A stretch of DNA of 63,982 nt, counting the filler, from an uncultured bacterium (lineage in GTDB: Bacteria; CAZSTA01), in NCBI GenBank assembly GCA_964609495.1. It is 5 parts of 5 records of this genome, joined end to end, with 100 filler letters (N's around TTAATTAATTAA, not from the genome) between each part and the next. Parts side by side here need not be neighbours in the genome. Positions count along the whole stretch, not along the records: positions 55,350 to 63,982 come from CAZSTA010000164.1; 4 more parts are not named here. One strand, written 5' to 3'. Under the pieces are notes generated by a model that was not told the DNA's origin, did not search any database, and was given only the letters and a program-made list of their open reading frames with translations. The first letter of the stretch is position 1; each line of letters opens with the position of its first letter. The position numbers were made by a program, and so were the translations under genes. Positions 59,942 to 63,982 of this stretch are shown one piece after another.

Positions 59942-60496
59942 GTGAGAAGGGATATGATCAAGGGGGAGAAGATCGTCTTACGTGCTTTTGAAAGAGAGGA
60001 CCTTCCCAACTGTGTCCGCTGGTTTAACGATCCTGAAGTGGTTATATACTATGGTCGTTTTCGACCCCTATCAATGGCAGAAGAAGAGGAGTGGTATGAG
60101 GAGCAGTTAAAGGATAATAACCAGTTCATTTTTGCTATCGAGTTCGAGGGGAAACATATAGGAAACTGTGGCTTTTTCGATATCGATAGACCAAATCGTC
60201 AGGCTGAGCTTATTATCCTCATAGGAGAGAAGGATTATTGGGATAAAGGACTGGGAACTGATGCGGTAAATACGTTAGTGCGCTATGGCTTTGAACAGAT
60301 GAACTTCCATCGTGTCTATCTTAAAATATTTGAGCCAAACGGGAGAGCTATCCGTTGTTATGAGAAATGCGGATTTGTTCACGAGGGGTTGGAGAGGGAA
60401 TCTCAATTTCGCCATGGTCGTTATATGGATCTTGTGGTGATGAGCATCCTCGAACAAGAATTTAAAGCTGGACTACAAAGGGAAGGGGAGGGATAG
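59942..60496 (+). CDS. RimJ/RimL/SpeG-type GNAT acetyltransferase
   Basis: IGEKDYWDKGLGT, N.RAIRCYEKCGF..EG. Confidence 0.9.
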   Translation: MRRDMIKGEKIVLRAFEREDLPNCVRWFNDPEVVIYYGRFRPLSMAEEEEWYEEQLKDNNQFIFAIEFEGKHIGNCGFFDIDRPNRQAELIILIGEKDYWDKGLGTDAVNTLVRYGFEQMNFHRVYLKIFEPNGRAIRCYEKCGFVHEGLERESQFRHGRYMDLVVMSILEQEFKAGLQREGEG

Positions 60497-61048
60497 ATGA
60501 TAGACGGAGAGAGAGTTCATCTGCGTGCTATTGAGAAGGATGATATCCCTCGATATTTTAAGTGGATAAACGATCTGGAGGTAATCGATTGCTTGGAATA
60601 CTACCGTCCTCGACCTATGACTGAGATTGAGCTTTGGTTTAATGAGCAATTGAACAAAGATTCCACTCAAGCATTCGCTATAGAATTAAATGGGAAGCAT
60701 ATCGGTTTTTGTCAACTTGAATATATCAGGTGGCACAGTCGTCAAGCGGAGCTTTTCATCCTGATCGGAGCGAAGAAATATTGGAATAAAGGATTAGGAA
60801 CCGACGCCGTCAAAGCTCTTCTAAATTATAGCTTCAGGGAACTTAATCTTCACCGTATCTATATGAGAATTATTGCCTCTAATAAGAGAGCTATTCGCTG
60901 TTGTGAGAAATGTGGATTTGTTAAGGAAGGGGTGGAAAGAGAGACAAGATTTCGCCATGGGCGATATATAGATGTCATCAGGCTGAGCATCCTCGAGCAG
61001 GAATTCTATTCCCTTAATGAAGATAGTGAGTCTCAATATGAGATTTAA
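60497..61048 (+). CDS. RimJ/RimL/SpeG-type GNAT acetyltransferase (tandem paralog)
   Basis: IGAKKYWNKGLGT, N.RAIRCCEKCGF..EG, FRHGRY shared with the upstream copy. Confidence 0.9.
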   Translation: MIDGERVHLRAIEKDDIPRYFKWINDLEVIDCLEYYRPRPMTEIELWFNEQLNKDSTQAFAIELNGKHIGFCQLEYIRWHSRQAELFILIGAKKYWNKGLGTDAVKALLNYSFRELNLHRIYMRIIASNKRAIRCCEKCGFVKEGVERETRFRHGRYIDVIRLSILEQEFYSLNEDSESQYEI

Positions 61049-61091
61049 TAAGTAGCTCAAGTGGCTCATAAAAATAAAAAGGTGAGCTGTC

Positions 61092-62129
61092 ATGACAGAC
61101 AAAAAATTGCTCGACTATGTGTTAGAAGATAAACAAGACACTATATTGAATGATGGATTGGGTAAATACTTGAAGCTATGGATCGCTACCTGTAAACGAT
61201 TTAAGGACTTCGTTTGCTGCTATAAAGACAAAATACGCAAGAAGATCAAAGGTATTAAGAAGGAGAAGGATGATGATGAGAGGAAGAGGAAGCTAGAGGA
61301 TCTTAGATTCGAGTTAGAGATTCCATATCTTATTCTTCTCGATGATCGCTTCGAGGTCGAATATGAAAAGTATGGCACAAAAACTAAAGGTCCAGACTTT
61401 TCTGTCATCTTTAATAATCTCATCGAATTCAATATTGAAGTTACGCATTTTCGTGAACATTATTTGAACGAACGCTATAACAAATGGGAAGAGGAAGTTG
61501 AAAGTGAGATTAGAGCTATACCATCAAATTTCCATTTCATCCTAGATGTTAACCCAGTCAAACCCTACCTGATAATTCGATTGGAATCTGCAAAAGAAAA
61601 AATCATCCAATATATGAAGGATTTCAGCCAGGAGGTAGATCAAGAGGTAGATGAGATAGAATCTCCTATACCTGGTTTTGAAAGAGAGCTAAAGCTGACT
61701 CTGTTAAATAAAGCTAGGAAGGGTCAAACATACTTTCGTATCTTGAGATTTGAATTCCAAACCGGTAAAGAATATCTCAAATTGGGCAATGTTCTCTTTG
61801 GTAAGAAGGGTAAACTTAAACAGATGAGACCGGGGATGATCAATATACTTATCATTAATACCACAAGTGCTAACTATGATGAAATAGATATACAGGATGG
61901 ACAGGATGAGATTGTCAAAATTCCATCCTGTAAGGATGAGAAGAGCTTTGTTGAAAAGGGATTTCGAGGGAGAAAAGATTTTCTTCAACATTGGAAGAGA
62001 TTAAGCGGTATTTTGTCCAGATTATTCGGAGGTGAAAAAAGTCGGATTTTTTGGTGTAGTGAACAGGCTGATCACCAAATCCCAGAACCTATAAGACAAT
62101 ACTTAAAAGGAATGACCTCTCTATTCTAA
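61092..62129 (+). CDS. Hypothetical protein, possible PD-(D/E)xK nuclease fold
   Basis: VEYE.......GPDF.......FNIEVT motif, 345 aa. Confidence 0.55.
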   Translation: MTDKKLLDYVLEDKQDTILNDGLGKYLKLWIATCKRFKDFVCCYKDKIRKKIKGIKKEKDDDERKRKLEDLRFELEIPYLILLDDRFEVEYEKYGTKTKGPDFSVIFNNLIEFNIEVTHFREHYLNERYNKWEEEVESEIRAIPSNFHFILDVNPVKPYLIIRLESAKEKIIQYMKDFSQEVDQEVDEIESPIPGFERELKLTLLNKARKGQTYFRILRFEFQTGKEYLKLGNVLFGKKGKLKQMRPGMINILIINTTSANYDEIDIQDGQDEIVKIPSCKDEKSFVEKGFRGRKDFLQHWKRLSGILSRLFGGEKSRIFWCSEQADHQIPEPIRQYLKGMTSLF

Positions 62130-62220
62130 ATAATAGTTTTATGTACCACTTGAGAACTTTATAAATAGGTTACGATCAACATCCTGAAGGTCATTAAGAG
62201 AGTATATAATTGATACGAAG

Positions 62221-62577
62221 GTGATTAAAGTGGCGGACATTGAGAGATTAAAGGATCTAGCGGTGGATATAGCTTCTTTGGATATAAGGATCGATCTTGC
62301 TGAGAAGCATTTGGTAAAGCTAAAAGATGAACGCAATGAGATACTGCGACAACTTGAGCGGATCGTAGAAGAATTTAAAAGCGACGGGAATTATATAGAG
62401 GCGCTTGAGGTATTGGATAAGTACGGAGTGTCCTATCCGAGCGGAAGAGAAAAGGAAGAAGTCAAAGTTGAGGAGGAAATTAAACCTGTTACAGAGGCTA
62501 AGAAAAAGACAAAAAAGATTCAGGCTAAGAAGGTTAGGACTAAAGACGAAGATGACGGACAGCTAAGTTGGATATAA
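62221..62577 (+). CDS. Hypothetical coiled-coil protein
   Basis: 118 aa with a charged tail ending GQLSWI. Confidence 0.6.
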   Translation: MIKVADIERLKDLAVDIASLDIRIDLAEKHLVKLKDERNEILRQLERIVEEFKSDGNYIEALEVLDKYGVSYPSGREKEEVKVEEEIKPVTEAKKKTKKIQAKKVRTKDEDDGQLSWI

Positions 62578-62618
62578 TACGCTTTGATATAAGGAGAAAC
62601 TAATCTCATTAAGAGAGA

Positions 62619-62685
62619 GGCTTAATTATGTTCCCTCTCCCCTCGTGGGAGAGGGATAGGGTGAGGGGAATTTATATTTTGAACT
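62619..62685. repeat. Partial REP-like cassette (single hairpin)
   Basis: GTTCCCTCTCCCCTCGTGGGAGAGGGATAGGGTGAGGGG. Confidence 0.85.
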
Positions 62686-62723
62686 GATAATCTAAAAACT
62701 AATAATAGGAAGGTATTTTAGAG

Positions 62724-63737
62724 ATGAATGATCAATTTCTTCGAGAAGCCATACTTCAAGAGAAACTGGATGACGAGAAGGTGAGATGTTACACCTGTGA
62801 GAGAAGATGCGTAATTGCTTCTGGTGATCTTGGCTTCTGCAAGACTAGAAAGAATATCGAAGGAAAACTTTGGACCACAACTTATGGTGATATTTCAGCT
62901 ATTTCGATAAATCCTATTGAAAAGAAACCGCTCTATCACTTCTATCCGGGAAGCAAAGCTTTAACCGCGGGAAGTTGGGGATGTAACTCTACCTGTCCCT
63001 GGTGTCAGAATTGGGATATAACTAAATCCTTTACTAGACAGGGTAGCAAATATATGTCTCCTGAAAGGTTTATCTATCAAGCTATCGCTTCCGATTGTCA
63101 AGGCACTTCCATCAGCTTTAATGAGCCTACCCTCTCGCTGGAGTGGTCGCTGGATGTTTTTCGATTGGCTAAAGAGAAAGGGCTGTATAACACCTTCGTC
63201 ACTAATGGCTATATGAGTTCTGAAGCCTTGCAGATGTTGATAGATAGCGGATTAGATGCGATGAATATTGATATTAAGGGAGATGCTGAGACCACACTTA
63301 AATATTGCGGATTACAGGTAGAAAAAGTTTGGAGGAATTCCGAAAAAGCCAAGGAAGCAGGTATTCATCTGGAGATATCCACCCTTATAATTCCCACGGT
63401 AAATGATGATGAGGAACAAATAGGGAAGATTGCGGAGAGAATATATAGGGATTTGGGAGCAGATACCCCCTGGCATTGTAATGGATACTATCCTGCCTAC
63501 AATTTTAATCAACCGCCTACCTCTCTATCTTCTTTAGAGAGAGCTTGGGAGATAGGCAAGGAAGCAGGATTGAAATTCGTCTATATTGGCAATCTTCCCG
63601 GACATAAATACGAAAGCACCTTCTGCCCTCGATGTGGAGAACTACTGATCGAGAGATATAGGATGGAAGTGCTCAAGATCAGAGTCGGCGAAGGGAAATG
63701 TTTCAGATGCGGGGAGAAGATCCCAATTGTTATCTAA
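62724..63737 (+). CDS. amrS: AmmeMemoRadiSam system radical SAM enzyme
   Basis: N-terminal CxxC..RC....G.C, PIEKKPLYHFYPG, CNSTCPWCQNW, C-terminal CPRCG/CFRCG. Confidence 0.92.
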   Translation: MNDQFLREAILQEKLDDEKVRCYTCERRCVIASGDLGFCKTRKNIEGKLWTTTYGDISAISINPIEKKPLYHFYPGSKALTAGSWGCNSTCPWCQNWDITKSFTRQGSKYMSPERFIYQAIASDCQGTSISFNEPTLSLEWSLDVFRLAKEKGLYNTFVTNGYMSSEALQMLIDSGLDAMNIDIKGDAETTLKYCGLQVEKVWRNSEKAKEAGIHLEISTLIIPTVNDDEEQIGKIAERIYRDLGADTPWHCNGYYPAYNFNQPPTSLSSLERAWEIGKEAGLKFVYIGNLPGHKYESTFCPRCGELLIERYRMEVLKIRVGEGKCFRCGEKIPIVI

Positions 63738-63786
63738 ATAGCGAAGAATAGTCGGCATCTGCAAGAGAAGAGTTTACAGAGGAAGT

Positions 63787-63982
63787 CTAAGCATGTAAAC
63801 TTTGTTTGTGCTAGCCAGATTTTAAGTAGCTTTTCGCTAGTGAGTTCGAGATATAAATCCCCCCTCACCCTATCCCTCTCCCACGAGGGGAGAGGGAACA
63901 TCCAGATAAGCTGGCTCTCTTGATCTTCCCCTCCCTTTTGGTTTTTGAACTTATAATCGGGGGTATCATATTCTTAGTTCTT
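63787..63982. mobile_element. MITE copy, truncated by the window end
   Basis: Begins CTAAGCATGTAAAC and follows the 12499 copy closely through the first hairpin, then switches to the module seen at 3106-3159. Confidence 0.85.

Noticed and set aside
3035-63982. Recurrent GC-rich palindromes as a CRISPR array or simple terminators
   Set aside because: They are dispersed, have no unique regular spacers, no cas genes and no U tracts. They are better explained as REP/MITE cassettes.

Overview
A draft-genome window from an AT-rich bacterium I cannot assign taxonomically. It is five unrelated contigs (1-13861, 13962-27800, 27901-41635, 41736-55249, 55350-end) joined by artificial N-TTAATTAATTAA-N linkers, so no synteny can be read across linkers. 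Housekeeping content: valS, acpS, lepA, polA, rsmA, ltaE, tRNA-Gln(CTG), tRNA-Glu(CTC), a TldD plus two PmbA/TldE proteins and an AmmeMemoRadiSam radical SAM enzyme. Accessory content: many signalling proteins (REC-PAS, PAS-GAF-STAS, MglB, XRE-TPR), large secreted repeat proteins, a partial type IIG R-M gene, a nonsense-inactivated DUF4258/DUF2283 toxin-antitoxin pair, and an LnuB/F/G-like nucleotidyltransferase followed by two GNATs. The clearest unannotated signal is a modular non-coding repeat family of REP-like CCCTCTCCC...GGGAGAGGG hairpin cassettes. In two copies the cassette sits inside ~22-bp terminal inverted repeats with perfect 9-bp target-site duplications, i.e. a MITE. One further copy carries a nested 53-bp TA-bounded mini-insertion. 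No transposase, CRISPR array or rRNA gene was seen.
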